64,000 nucleotides of DNA. Origin: Polyangiaceae bacterium. Its GTDB lineage: Bacteria > Myxococcota_A > Polyangia > Polyangiales > Polyangiaceae. Shown here piece by piece: positions 20,172 to 30,243 of this stretch. Within the stretch, counting starts at the first letter, position 1. The number at the start of each line of letters is the position of its first letter. The stretch spans positions 113,931 through 177,930 of the forward strand of contig JBNKBE010000013.1 of NCBI GenBank assembly GCA_050287085.1. Reading direction: 5' to 3'. The notes beneath the pieces were generated by a model. That model was not told the origin of the DNA. It saw only the letters and a list, made by a program, of their open reading frames with translations, and did no database searches. The position numbers and the translations under genes were made by a program.

Positions 20172-20672
20172 ATGATCCAACGCACTTTGCTCACATCTAC
20201 TCTATGCATGGGCGTCGCTCTTGCTTGTGCAAGCGGCCAGGAAACGCCCGCAACGCCTGAGGCCCCGATGGCTGAGGAGGCATCGCCTTCCGCCGAAGCG
20301 GCTCCGGCTGAAGTCACCTCGCCCGAGACGTGGTCGGAAGCGACCACGCTTGAACTGCAGGTGGCGTTCATGAAGGCGAAGATCATGCCGCCCATGGGCC
20401 CCGTCTTTCAGGCCTCCGACGCGGAAGCATACGCAGATTTCAGCTGCGCAACTTGCCACGGACCGGACAAGAAGCCGCCCACTGAGTACTTGCCGGAGCT
20501 CACCTTGAAGGACGGCAAGATCACCTCGTTTGAAGAAGCTCCCGAGGTTTCCAAGTTCATGGCGGAAGAGGTTGTTCCCAAGATGGCCGCAGCCATGGGC
20601 CTAGCGCCTTACAACCCGGAGACCCACGAGGGCTTCGGTTGTGGTGGCTGCCACGCCATCAAGCAGGAGTAG
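20172..20672 (+). CDS. Small diheme c-type cytochrome lipoprotein
   Basis: Lipobox VALAC; CATCH and CGGCH; several Met residues as candidate axial ligands. Confidence 0.85.
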   Translation: MIQRTLLTSTLCMGVALACASGQETPATPEAPMAEEASPSAEAAPAEVTSPETWSEATTLELQVAFMKAKIMPPMGPVFQASDAEAYADFSCATCHGPDKKPPTEYLPELTLKDGKITSFEEAPEVSKFMAEEVVPKMAAAMGLAPYNPETHEGFGCGGCHAIKQE

Positions 20673-20689
20673 TCATAGAGCCGACGGCC

Positions 20690-20721
20690 CGGGTGCAGCT
20701 CAATCCCTTGGGCTGCACCCG
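20690..20721. terminator. Hairpin downstream of the diheme cytochrome gene
   Basis: CGGGTGCAGCTCAA-TCCC-TTGGGCTGCACCCG. Confidence 0.55.
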
Positions 20722-20894
20722 ACCATTTAGCCGTAACCAGCAAACACCATCCGACTAAGCCCACGTCGCCCCCTGTCTGGCGCCCATTCGGCCATTCACC
20801 CCCTGCAGGCAACCCGATGCACTGCAGGAACATGCGCTCGACGTTGGCTTAACGTCGAGGATATCGTCGCCTGCTGGAATGCGTCCGCTGCGGA

Positions 20895-21440
20895 CTACGG
20901 CGCTACGCGAAAGTACACGTAGTCACCCAGCCCTGGATGGTCCGCGTCGCTTCCAGCTGCGCCGTGGCAGCCCACGCAATCCATGGCGCCGCGCTCCGCG
21001 ACAGTACCGCCCGGCGAGTACCAGAACCAGCCCTGACCGTCTGCCGAATCGGCCTGCACTTTGACCTCGACGTATATGCCGTCGCCAACAAACTTCAGTC
21101 CCGCAGCGCCAAGCGGAACAGGACTACCAGGGGCCGCAGTCGCGAGCAGTTGATTGCTGCACACGCGGTTCGACTTTCCGTGAACGTGAATGGCCGCTGC
21201 ACCGTCGAGCTTGTCTGTGGCGGTCGGCTCACAAACCCAAGCACTCTCCCAACCCTCGGCTTTGAACGCGTCGAGCCAAGCGGCCATCTCGGCCTTAGAG
21301 GCCGGCGGCACCTGAGGATCCATCTCGCCCAGGGCGTCCGCGCCACCCGTCGCGTTGTCATCGGCTTCGTCACTGCAGGCAGACCCGCTCGTAACAGCGA
21401 CCAGCATCAGCACAGAGGTGAGTATCGGGCTTTTTCGCAT
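20895..21440 (-). CDS. Monoheme cytochrome lipoprotein, cytochrome P460/c'-beta-like
   Basis: Lipobox GSAC; K...DGQGWFWY followed by C-terminal CVGCH. Confidence 0.65.
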   Translation of the reverse strand: MRKSPILTSVLMLVAVTSGSACSDEADDNATGGADALGEMDPQVPPASKAEMAAWLDAFKAEGWESAWVCEPTATDKLDGAAAIHVHGKSNRVCSNQLLATAAPGSPVPLGAAGLKFVGDGIYVEVKVQADSADGQGWFWYSPGGTVAERGAMDCVGCHGAAGSDADHPGLGDYVYFRVAP

Positions 21441-21686
21441 CAGACTTTCTCCTGACTGTGCGAATGGCGCACAGGCACCGTCTAGTACGCACCGAGCCCA
21501 TTCCGGTTACCGACGGCGTGCGCTTTGCGAACTCGACCGGGTCCCAGGCCGATGCCGGAGCCGGTGAGCAATCTCGCGATTCGCAAGCTTCGCGGAGCAC
21601 ACGACGGAAACTCAGACGCGCGCAGCCAGCGCTGGCGCTGGAAGCCTGCAAGACGTTGCGGCCTGGAAGCCAACTCTTGAGCGCGT

Positions 21687-24600
21687 CTAGACCAGACCTT
21701 GCAGACTCGATTCTGTGGAACGCACCGTAAGCAGCAAGCGGAGCGCGGACAGCAACGCCGTCGACGTTTCGACGGGCCCCGCACGCACAAATGCTTCCCA
21801 TGCCTGGGGTTTAGCCGCGTTGTAGTCCGCCTCGGCCTCGGGATGCTCGCGCAGGAAGTACAGCTTGACGGCATGCCCGATGAGCACATCGACTGATACT
21901 GGCCCGGTTACATGCAGTTCCGGATTTTGTCGGAACAAGGTGATAAGAACCTGCAGAGCCTCAACCGAGAGCTGTCGGTACTCAGGCGATGGCGCCTTAT
22001 TCAGAAGATGCTGCACCCAAAATGCGAACGACTGTTCACCGGAAGTCATATCGCCCAACACAACGCTGCTTTCCATGCGATTGCGTCGGTCCATGCGGTC
22101 ACCAATAATGACGCACGGAGCCTGCTCAAAGCAGTGCCACAACCCCTCGTAGAAATCTGCCCCCAGCCGGTCGATAATGCCGCGGTACTGTCTCCAGGCA
22201 AGCCAACCCTCGGTGGGCTCGCCGATTCCTTCCAGTAGCCTATCGGGCTGCCAGTTGAGAGTGCCAACCGGCGCTTCCGCTTCCAGGTGCTCCTGCTGCT
22301 GAGGCAGTTCCTCCAGCGAGTCCCACGCCTTTAGGACACGATAGAGTCGCGCTTGAATCTCGCTCGGGGGCAAGTGGGTTAGGGCTTCGTAGGCTTCGTC
22401 CGCGGACAGTTCCCGCTCCCGCGCGAGATCGCTCGTCAACAAGGTGATGAGCTGGCCGACGCGCACGGTGATCATCTCGCGAAGGAGCTCCGGCCTCGCC
22501 TTGACCAACGAACCTAGGTAGAGCAAGAGCTCCTGAGTTAACACACGATCACGCACGTCGTCTCTACAGTAAGCGGCCAGCTTCTGCATCAACTCGTGCT
22601 CCGGAATGGGATGCGTTATCAAGCTATCTTCGCTGTACGCACGCCCGACTTGAATATGCTTCTGTCGCACGAGGATGGCGGACACAGCGAGGCTCAAATC
22701 GCCGTCCACCATGCCCAGCAGGCCCGCGACGCTTCGCACAACCGCCCACAATCGAAGGCGGCCCGCTTGCTTATACACTTCGAGCAAGAGCTCACGCACC
22801 GTCCGAGCTCGATCGCGAATGCTGACCGCCGCGTCCAGGCCGCGTAGACGCGCAAGCGCCTCCATCACAGAGCACTGTTCGTACAGATTGGTGCTGGTCG
22901 CCAAGCGCCCAACGAGCTCTTCCCAATCCGACGCGAACTCGAGCTCCAGTTCTTGCGCAGCCTCAAGAGGCCTCTGAACCCCTGGCGGCGACAACACCCG
23001 CACCCCATCGAGCAGACTGGAGAGCGCGGTCTTGGGCAGCTTCAATCCGTGAAGTTCCGAAATACGCTCGAAGGAGGCGGTTGGAAGCAATTCAGTGAGT
23101 GGACCTCGCCGCACCGGAACCCCTGCTATACGCCCGTCCGCAACCTGCTGCATGAACTCGTAGAATGTCTCCCGACTTGCCTCGAGCAAGTTGTGGGTGA
23201 GCATCACGGTCACAGTAGGTCGCCCGAGGCCTGTCCAGTTTCGGTTGAGGTAGACCAGTTCGTCTTTGAAGCGACGAAGAACGAACTCGAGATCCCAAGC
23301 CAAGAAGAAGTCACTCTGAATGAAGAACGAAGCCAAGCAAAGAACCGTGTCACCCGCCAAGCGATAGACACGGCTCGTGGTCAACGACTTCAACAGGCGG
23401 GCGGAGCGCCCACTGAGGCCGAGCCCGTCGGAACGCCCAACCTCGCCGTGAGCCAAAGCGATGTCCTGCGGTAGGTAGACAAGCACCGGCGCAATGTCGG
23501 CCACCGTCTCGGTCATGACGCCATGAGCCGCAAGTTCACTCTGAAGCTGTTCATCCTCCGCGAGAAATACCAACTGTACCGTTGGGTTCTTACTCCGACG
23601 GATGCGACGTCTAGCCAACGGATCGATATCAGCCCACCTGAGAGCCCCATCCGCAAGCATGCGCCCCAATAGGTACAAGCTCTGAGCCCAGACGAGCGGC
23701 ACGTTCTCATTCGGCACGCGCTCAGTTGAGCCCGGGACAGCCCGCTCCGCCTCGATTTGATCGGCCGGAACATAATAGAGCTCCGGCAACATGCGGTGCC
23801 CGTTCTGCTCAACCGTCAGCGCTTCGAGACGAGCAGCGTAGTGCTCCTGTCGATCTCGATCCCCGCGCTGGTGCGCGTCTAGAAACAGGTACGTAAAGAA
23901 CAGCGGCCACTCAGACTCGATGTTCTCGAATTGCTTCAGCTCGGCCTCTTCGTAGTGGAGACGACCCTCGTCTTCGACGGCCGTTTGGTGACCATCCCGA
24001 AGGAAGCGCTTGAGCCCGTAGCGTCCCTCTAGCTTCTTGACCAGCTCATCGCGAACGCTGCGGATCAGTGCTGCATCATCCAGCGCGAAAGCCGGGTAGC
24101 CGATGACGCTGAGTAGCGCCGCGTCCACTTCCTTGGTGTAGGATTCGCGCGGGAGCATGGACCGCAGGGTGAGCTCCGCCTGAGCAATGTTGTCTGGTGA
24201 TACGTGTATCACCGAGCGTTGGGAACCGCGTGCGCCAAATAGATCGAATCCGGCGAGGGCTTCAAGCGCAGCTTTGGCCATCCCGACCGAACTAGTGTTT
24301 AGCTCCACCCGTCCGCGATTGGACTTTTCGCCACGCTCCCAAATCCCGTAGTCCGGCGTGCGGTAGGCACGCTCCACGTAGTAGACCAAGTTCTGAATGA
24401 AGGCGACTTCATCGAGGTCCCAGATGATATCCAGGCCCGAGCGGATCATCTGGGCCAGCATGAGCAGATAGAGCGAGGTTGCGTCAATCTGGAGATGCCC
24501 CCACTCCAGATCGCCAACGGCAGTCCCGCCCGTCTCGGTGTCGTACTTGGCGTGCAGCGCATCAGCAGGATGACGCGACTTCTTGAACGCTTCAACCTTG

Positions 24601-24890
24601 GCTGATTGCGCCATCATCGAGCGCAGCAGACCGCGCATCAACTTTACCGTGCGCCGCTCCAGCAGAAACGATCGTCCCTCGGGTGAATCAACGCGCCGGT
24701 ATGCCAGTCCCAGCCCCCATACGCACAAGATGCTGTAGACGTTGTCCCGTACCCAGGCATCGCGATAGTCTCCGTGGGTGGTCACCGCAGTGCTTGCCGG
24801 AAGCAAGCCAGTCACCGGGTGCTGACGACTGAGGATAATCGCGTCGACCTGGGCGTAGTACTCGGCCAAGCGGGCTTCGAGAACGGGCAT
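21687..24890 (-). CDS. Glycoside hydrolase family 15-like protein, phosphorylase kinase alpha/beta subunit homolog
   Basis: AWVRDNVYSI, WGHLQIDATS, DYGIWERG, RFLRDG, EWPLF and WAQSLY blocks shared with PHKA/PHKB; about 1070 aa. Start ATG 24890 or TTG 24926. Confidence 0.9.
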   Translation of the reverse strand: MPVLEARLAEYYAQVDAIILSRQHPVTGLLPASTAVTTHGDYRDAWVRDNVYSILCVWGLGLAYRRVDSPEGRSFLLERRTVKLMRGLLRSMMAQSAKVEAFKKSRHPADALHAKYDTETGGTAVGDLEWGHLQIDATSLYLLMLAQMIRSGLDIIWDLDEVAFIQNLVYYVERAYRTPDYGIWERGEKSNRGRVELNTSSVGMAKAALEALAGFDLFGARGSQRSVIHVSPDNIAQAELTLRSMLPRESYTKEVDAALLSVIGYPAFALDDAALIRSVRDELVKKLEGRYGLKRFLRDGHQTAVEDEGRLHYEEAELKQFENIESEWPLFFTYLFLDAHQRGDRDRQEHYAARLEALTVEQNGHRMLPELYYVPADQIEAERAVPGSTERVPNENVPLVWAQSLYLLGRMLADGALRWADIDPLARRRIRRSKNPTVQLVFLAEDEQLQSELAAHGVMTETVADIAPVLVYLPQDIALAHGEVGRSDGLGLSGRSARLLKSLTTSRVYRLAGDTVLCLASFFIQSDFFLAWDLEFVLRRFKDELVYLNRNWTGLGRPTVTVMLTHNLLEASRETFYEFMQQVADGRIAGVPVRRGPLTELLPTASFERISELHGLKLPKTALSSLLDGVRVLSPPGVQRPLEAAQELELEFASDWEELVGRLATSTNLYEQCSVMEALARLRGLDAAVSIRDRARTVRELLLEVYKQAGRLRLWAVVRSVAGLLGMVDGDLSLAVSAILVRQKHIQVGRAYSEDSLITHPIPEHELMQKLAAYCRDDVRDRVLTQELLLYLGSLVKARPELLREMITVRVGQLITLLTSDLARERELSADEAYEALTHLPPSEIQARLYRVLKAWDSLEELPQQQEHLEAEAPVGTLNWQPDRLLEGIGEPTEGWLAWRQYRGIIDRLGADFYEGLWHCFEQAPCVIIGDRMDRRNRMESSVVLGDMTSGEQSFAFWVQHLLNKAPSPEYRQLSVEALQVLITLFRQNPELHVTGPVSVDVLIGHAVKLYFLREHPEAEADYNAAKPQAWEAFVRAGPVETSTALLSALRLLLTVRSTESSLQGLV

Positions 24891-25141
24891 GGGGCTCAAG
24901 CTAGAACGAAGGCCTGCTAGGTTCAATTAGACGCGCACGGCACCCACGCTCCACCCGCGCGCCACGGCCACCCACACACGAATCGGTCACCCGTTCTTCG
25001 CACCCGTTGGGCCCGCGCCCGGGCGAAATGGTCCTGACACCCGCGTGAGCCTATCCTACCCGCAATTTGTCTCGCCGCGCGACTTGAGCGGTCGCGAGCG
25101 AGCGGACACAATGGGGCCGATACGAGGGACATACGGAGGAC

Positions 25142-25215
25142 CGCAGCGTGACAACCAATCGCAGCGTGACAATCAAACGCAGCGCGACGATCAATCGCAG
25201 CGCGACAATCAAACG
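25142..25215 (+). repeat. 18-bp tandem repeat x4 spanning the pfkA start
   Basis: CGCAGCGYGACRAYCAAW units, encoding TIKRSA-like repeats. Confidence 0.9.
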
Positions 25216-26323
25216 AATTGCCATCAACACGGGCGGTGGTGATGCCCCCGGCCTCAACGCCGTAATCCGGGCGGTCGCTCTGAGCGCACACGCACTTGGC
25301 TGGGAGGTCGTCGGGATCCGGGAAGGATACCGTGGCTTGTTGGACCCCGATCCAAGCTACCTGGTGACGCTGGACCCCGACCGGGTACGGGGCATCGCAC
25401 ACCTCGGAGGAACGATACTGGGTACCACCAACAAAGGGGACCCATTCCGATATCCCGTTATGCGCGACGGCAAGTGGGTGCCAGAAGACGTTTCCGAACG
25501 GGTGGTGCGGCGCTTCAAAGAACTCGGTTTTGACGCGTTGGTGGCCCTGGGTGGCGACGGGTCGATGAGCCTTGCCACACGACTACTCGGCTGCGGGCTG
25601 CCGCGTGTAGTCGGCGTCCCCAAGACGATCGACAATGACCTCAAAGGCACAGACGTGACCTTCGGCTTCCAAACGGCCGTTGATACGGCCACCGAGGCCA
25701 TTGATCGCCTGCACACAACGGCGCAGTCCCACCGGCGCGTCATGGTGGTCGAAGTGATGGGCCGCAATGCGGGCTGGATCGCGCTGCATGCCGGAATCGG
25801 TGGTGGCGCTGATGTTATCCTGCTGCCGGAAATCCCTTTCACCCTAGACGCCGTATGCGACAAGCTCAATAGTCGCTACCAACGCGGCCGAGAGTTCGCC
25901 ATCGTCGTCGTTGCCGAAGGAGCCAAGTTGGGCCCGACCGGCCCCCTATATAAAGGCGGCAAGGGGGACTTCCGGGAACACGCCCAACTTGGAGGCATCG
26001 CGGAAGCCCTCAGCCGACTGATCGGCAGTGCAACGGGCTACGAAACGCGCAGCGTCGTACTTGGTCACCTGCAACGAGGAGGCTCACCCGTAACCTTCGA
26101 CCGCGTCCTGGCGCAGCGCTTTGGCTGTGCCGCCGTCCGCTACCTCAAGGAAAGCAACGACAGTGGTCTCGTGGCGATGCGAGGCGGTCACACCCAACTC
26201 GTATCTTTTGCCGACGTAACCGGCGGTACGCGAAGCGTCGATCCCAACGATGAACTGGTGCTAACTGCTCGTTCTCTTGGGATCTGCCTCGGGGACGAGG
26301 CTCCGGGCACATTCAGAAGCTGA
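25148..26323 (+). CDS. pfkA: 6-phosphofructokinase (group III/mixed-substrate type, probably ATP-dependent)
   Basis: TGGGDAPG, GGDGS, PKTIDND, EVMGR, VAEG, LGHLQRGG; GGAGG before GTG. Confidence 0.95.
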   Translation: MTTNRSVTIKRSATINRSATIKRIAINTGGGDAPGLNAVIRAVALSAHALGWEVVGIREGYRGLLDPDPSYLVTLDPDRVRGIAHLGGTILGTTNKGDPFRYPVMRDGKWVPEDVSERVVRRFKELGFDALVALGGDGSMSLATRLLGCGLPRVVGVPKTIDNDLKGTDVTFGFQTAVDTATEAIDRLHTTAQSHRRVMVVEVMGRNAGWIALHAGIGGGADVILLPEIPFTLDAVCDKLNSRYQRGREFAIVVVAEGAKLGPTGPLYKGGKGDFREHAQLGGIAEALSRLIGSATGYETRSVVLGHLQRGGSPVTFDRVLAQRFGCAAVRYLKESNDSGLVAMRGGHTQLVSFADVTGGTRSVDPNDELVLTARSLGICLGDEAPGTFRS

Positions 26324-26344
26324 GCGTCCATCCACACCGCCCGC

Positions 26345-28027
26345 CTACGAGCGGTATTCGGGCAACAGCGTCTCCTGTCGAGAACGGCGCGTCTCTTCGT
26401 CTGGCAACGCAAATGGCTTGGGGCGGGTCGCCACGATGCGCTCGGAGTCAAACGCGTCGAGCTGCTGAGGCTCCAAGAACCGCCTCGCGAATTCTTCAAA
26501 TACCCCCGCGCGCGCACAGTGGTCGAGCAGGTCCGGGTCGAGGTGGTTGTCTTCTTTCATGCGAGCCAGGATGTGCGCACATTCCGACAGTGGCTTACCC
26601 GGCTTGTACGGACGATCCGAAGCGGTCAAAGCTTCGAATACGTCCGCGATGGCCATGACACGCGCTGGAATGGACAAGTCCCCCGCAAAGATCCCTCTCG
26701 GATATCCAGCACCGTCCATCCGCTCGTGATGGTTGCACGCGTACTCCACCACCCGTCCCAGGGTTTCTGGAAAGGGCAAGGACTGCAGCATTCGAAGCGT
26801 TTGCACCATATGCCCATTGATGATCCGCCGCTCAGCAGCCGTGAGCGTTCCGCGCCGCACAGAAAGGTGCTCAACCCACTGCGGCTCCAATAGTGAACCA
26901 CCGTGGTCTCCCGAGCGGTACGGGCGACGAGCGATGGCAGCCACGCGGTCGACCTCCTCATCGCTCATCCACTCGCTCCCGGCATTGACCCGCTGAAGAA
27001 ACGCGAAATCGTCGTCCAGCGCCCGCAGCTCGGCTTCAAGCCCAGCCTCGACGGCGACCGCGGCCTCGCCGCGAACGCGAGCGCGGAGTGCATTGAGCTC
27101 GGCCTCACGGCGAAGCACTTCAAAACGCTCCCGAACGATGTCGAGACGGTCGAAGATCCCCTCCAACTTGGTGGCCTTGTCCATGACGTGCACGGGCGTC
27201 GTAACCTTGCCACAGTCGTGCAACCAGGCCGCCACTCGGAGCTCCCGCCACTCGTCTGCCCCCAGCTGGAAGTGCGCATAGGGACCCGTCTCGACCTCAC
27301 AGAGCGAGCGCATCATCAGCTCCATCAAGACGGGTACTCGTTCGCAGTGTCGCCCGGTGTACGGGCTCTTTTCGTCAATCGCCTCCGCGAGGATTCGAAT
27401 GAAGGCGTCGAGCAACTCGCGCTGCTCTGCCAACAACGCCTGGTTTTCGAGGGCGATACCCGCTTGAGCCGCCAGTGCCTCGACCGTTCGTTGCAACTCG
27501 GGCTCGAAGGCGTAGGGTCCACCCGGTTCTTGGAACCCAGCGTTGACCAACTGCAGAACAGCCACTACTCGCTCCCCGCTGTCGAGCAAGGGTACGGCAA
27601 GAAGCGAGATGGAACGATAGCGATGAGAGCGATCAAAAACCCGAAAGCCGGCGTCGTTGAAGGCCTCCTCGGCATAGGCGTCCGCCACGTGGATCGGCCG
27701 CCGCTCGTGGTACGAACGAGTGGCCACACTCGCCGCACTGGGCTGACCCGCAAGATCGAATAAGGGCAGCGGGGGTAGCTCCGGATCCACCCCCGTGGTC
27801 CCGCCCTGGGCAATGCCCAAGGAATCGGTGTGCAGCATGGCGAAGTGCAGCGCCCGATCTCTTACGAGGTACAAGGTACCCCCGTCCGCGCCACACAAGC
27901 GCTTGGCCTCGAGCAAGATCGACTCGACCAAGCGCGCACGATCGCGCTCACGACTGAGGGCGATCCCGATCCGGTGCAGCGTTTCGAAGCGATGCTCTAG
28001 AGAATCAGTACCAGCTAGGATCTCCAC
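26345..28027 (-). CDS. GAF + HD-GYP cyclic-dinucleotide phosphodiesterase
   Basis: N-terminal GAF (ADGGTLY), YTGRHCERV, HDCGK, HHERMDGAGYP, ADVFEALTASDRPYK. Confidence 0.93.
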   Translation of the reverse strand: MEILAGTDSLEHRFETLHRIGIALSRERDRARLVESILLEAKRLCGADGGTLYLVRDRALHFAMLHTDSLGIAQGGTTGVDPELPPLPLFDLAGQPSAASVATRSYHERRPIHVADAYAEEAFNDAGFRVFDRSHRYRSISLLAVPLLDSGERVVAVLQLVNAGFQEPGGPYAFEPELQRTVEALAAQAGIALENQALLAEQRELLDAFIRILAEAIDEKSPYTGRHCERVPVLMELMMRSLCEVETGPYAHFQLGADEWRELRVAAWLHDCGKVTTPVHVMDKATKLEGIFDRLDIVRERFEVLRREAELNALRARVRGEAAVAVEAGLEAELRALDDDFAFLQRVNAGSEWMSDEEVDRVAAIARRPYRSGDHGGSLLEPQWVEHLSVRRGTLTAAERRIINGHMVQTLRMLQSLPFPETLGRVVEYACNHHERMDGAGYPRGIFAGDLSIPARVMAIADVFEALTASDRPYKPGKPLSECAHILARMKEDNHLDPDLLDHCARAGVFEEFARRFLEPQQLDAFDSERIVATRPKPFALPDEETRRSRQETLLPEYRS

Positions 28028-28165
28028 ACCCTAGAGATAGCAGACAACCCACGTCCTCGACGGGAATTTGCCTATTCCGCGCCAAGTGCGCCAGCGTCCG
28101 ACGGATAGCGCGTCGGACGCTGGCAGTGGGGTGCCCACCTACTGCCGCGGCGAGTCCCCGCTTCT

Positions 28166-29572
28166 CTACTGGAGAATCTTGAACTCGATGCGTCGGTTCT
28201 GCTGGCGCCCGAGGCGGGTAGCATTGTCGGCAATCGGCTCGTCTGGACCGGCGCCGCGCGTCTCGACCTGAGCGGGCTCAACGCCCTTCTCGAGCAGGTA
28301 GGCCCTTACCGAATTGGCTCGCTCTTGCGAGAGCGCCACGTTCTTGTCGTGATCGCCGGTCGAGTCGGTGTGTCCAACGATTTCAAGACGCAAGCTCCGG
28401 AACTCGATCAGCACAGCTGCGGCGCGATCGAGCACTTTGTGGGACGTGGCACGAATCGTCGCCTTGCCCACGTCGAACTGGATCCCCTCGATGACGCCGC
28501 TGAACTCCTTGACCTTTTCTGGGACCTCGTCAGGACAACCGTCAGCGTCCTCGAAACCATTACGAGTCTCCGGCTCGTTGGGGCACTTATCAGCCTCACC
28601 AGCAACGCCATCTCTATCGGGATCGAGATCGGGACACCCATTCGGCAAAGTGCCAGCGACGTCCGGACAGGCGTCGGTCGGCAGGGGTACGCCATCGTGA
28701 TCAGAGTCCAGATCCGGACAGCCGTTGGGCAGTGTGCCCGCCTCGGTCGGGCATGCATCCTCCGGGTCCAACTTGCCGTCGCCATCCGTGTCGCGCACTG
28801 GGCAGCCCGTCGGTGCTTCGCCTGGCTCTGCTGGACACTGATCGTGCGCGTCCAATACCCCGTCCCCATCGCTGTCCGGCGGGGGCGGCGGGGGTGGTGC
28901 CGGGGGTTCCGAACCACCGAAACCCAGGCTCAAGCCAAGAAGAGCTTCACCTTGATGGGGTGAATCCGTTTCCCGATGGGATTTGGATATCGTGTCGCGC
29001 AAGTCCAGACGCGCAAGCAACATGTCGGTGATACGAAACTTGGCGCCAACGCCAAAGTGCACACCCCAGTCGAAGTCGTCGCCATTCGTGTCCGATTGTG
29101 CCCCTAGGCCGCCCGCGCCAAGAACGACAAAAGGCGTGATCATTCCCGCCGGCAACTGAAAGAGCGCATGGCCACGAGCCGACATGATCAGGGCGCTCGC
29201 ACCGTCAACCTTGGTTGAAGTGGGCACAAGCGCGCCCTCCGCTTCCAAACCAAAGTACTTCACGGGTAACACGGCCAGGCGCAAACCCACATCCGGCGCG
29301 AACTTTTCGAAGTCCTCACGAGGCTTGTCGTTTTCGTGCAGGTCATGCCGTTTGGAGGTGAGAAATACGCCGCCAAACAAGCCTAGCTCCACGGGGTGGT
29401 GGATCGCCTGCGACTCGGAGGTTTCCGTCATCCCTTCCTGCGTCGATGCCTCCAGTCCCGAAGAGTCTAGGGACACGCTCGCCGCCGCCCCATCGTCGGC
29501 CCGGGCGGGAAGCGCACTGGAAGCAGCCGCTAGACCACAAGCAAGAACAAATAACTGATTTGGTTTCATCAT
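28166..29572 (-). CDS. OmpA-family outer membrane protein with thrombospondin type-3 repeats
   Basis: Signal peptide, beta-barrel, DxDGDG..D.CP repeats, GHTD...LSQERA...NRRIEF; GGGAG before ATG 29572. Confidence 0.93.
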   Translation of the reverse strand: MMKPNQLFVLACGLAAASSALPARADDGAAASVSLDSSGLEASTQEGMTETSESQAIHHPVELGLFGGVFLTSKRHDLHENDKPREDFEKFAPDVGLRLAVLPVKYFGLEAEGALVPTSTKVDGASALIMSARGHALFQLPAGMITPFVVLGAGGLGAQSDTNGDDFDWGVHFGVGAKFRITDMLLARLDLRDTISKSHRETDSPHQGEALLGLSLGFGGSEPPAPPPPPPPDSDGDGVLDAHDQCPAEPGEAPTGCPVRDTDGDGKLDPEDACPTEAGTLPNGCPDLDSDHDGVPLPTDACPDVAGTLPNGCPDLDPDRDGVAGEADKCPNEPETRNGFEDADGCPDEVPEKVKEFSGVIEGIQFDVGKATIRATSHKVLDRAAAVLIEFRSLRLEIVGHTDSTGDHDKNVALSQERANSVRAYLLEKGVEPAQVETRGAGPDEPIADNATRLGRQQNRRIEFKILQ

Positions 29573-30243
29573 AGTTCGGTCTCCCGCGCGGACTAGCAGC
29601 GCACTCGGTCGCGGGCAAACGAGCAGTTGCTTTCGCACCACCACCACGGTCGAAAATGCATGTTCTCCGTGGGCATGGGAGAAGCTGAAGACGTTGCGCT
29701 CTGCTGCCGCAGGTTCCAAGCCGCGCCGGGCCTCCCCGCAGCGGCAAAGTTAGGCCAGAGCATTCCAGTCGCCGGCCTACACGGCAACACAAAAGGAAGG
29801 CTTAGTCGGGGGAGCGACTACACCTGCCCCTGGCCTGGCTGTCCCGGACTTGGCCAGACGCTCGAATAGGGGTGCGTCCAAGCAATCTGCCCTGAGCGTT
29901 CTGGTACGCCGGCCGTTCTAGAGCGCCAGCTATCACCCCGCGGGCGCGCGCGACTTGCGCGCTGCCCGCCTACCGCGCGCCGACGTCCTCGCTTCTGATG
30001 ACTCCCAATCCTCGTCCTGCGACGCGCGATCGCCCACACGCATGCGGACTGGGCCCGCGTTTCAGAGATTTCTCGGATCGCTCAGAAAGCGCGTTTTGGG
30101 GCTACTAATTGCACGAGATCGTGTCATAAGCGACCGCGCCTGGGCGCCCGCTGGGGCAAGAGCGCTCCCTGCAAAGCCAGCGCCCGCCTGGTCTCGTTTT
30201 GAGGCCCGAAGTTGACTTCGTATCCCCTCGACCACCAAGCGAC

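Noticed and set aside
25148..26323. pfkA as a PPi-dependent PFK, given nearby hppA
   Set aside because: The motif is GGDG rather than GGDD, which favours ATP despite PKTIDND
30140..30195. GGGCAA...GCAAAGCC upstream of hppA as a c-di-GMP-I or Na+ riboswitch
   Set aside because: The intervening stem is too short and lacks the GNRA loop/receptor; a covariance-model hit would be needed
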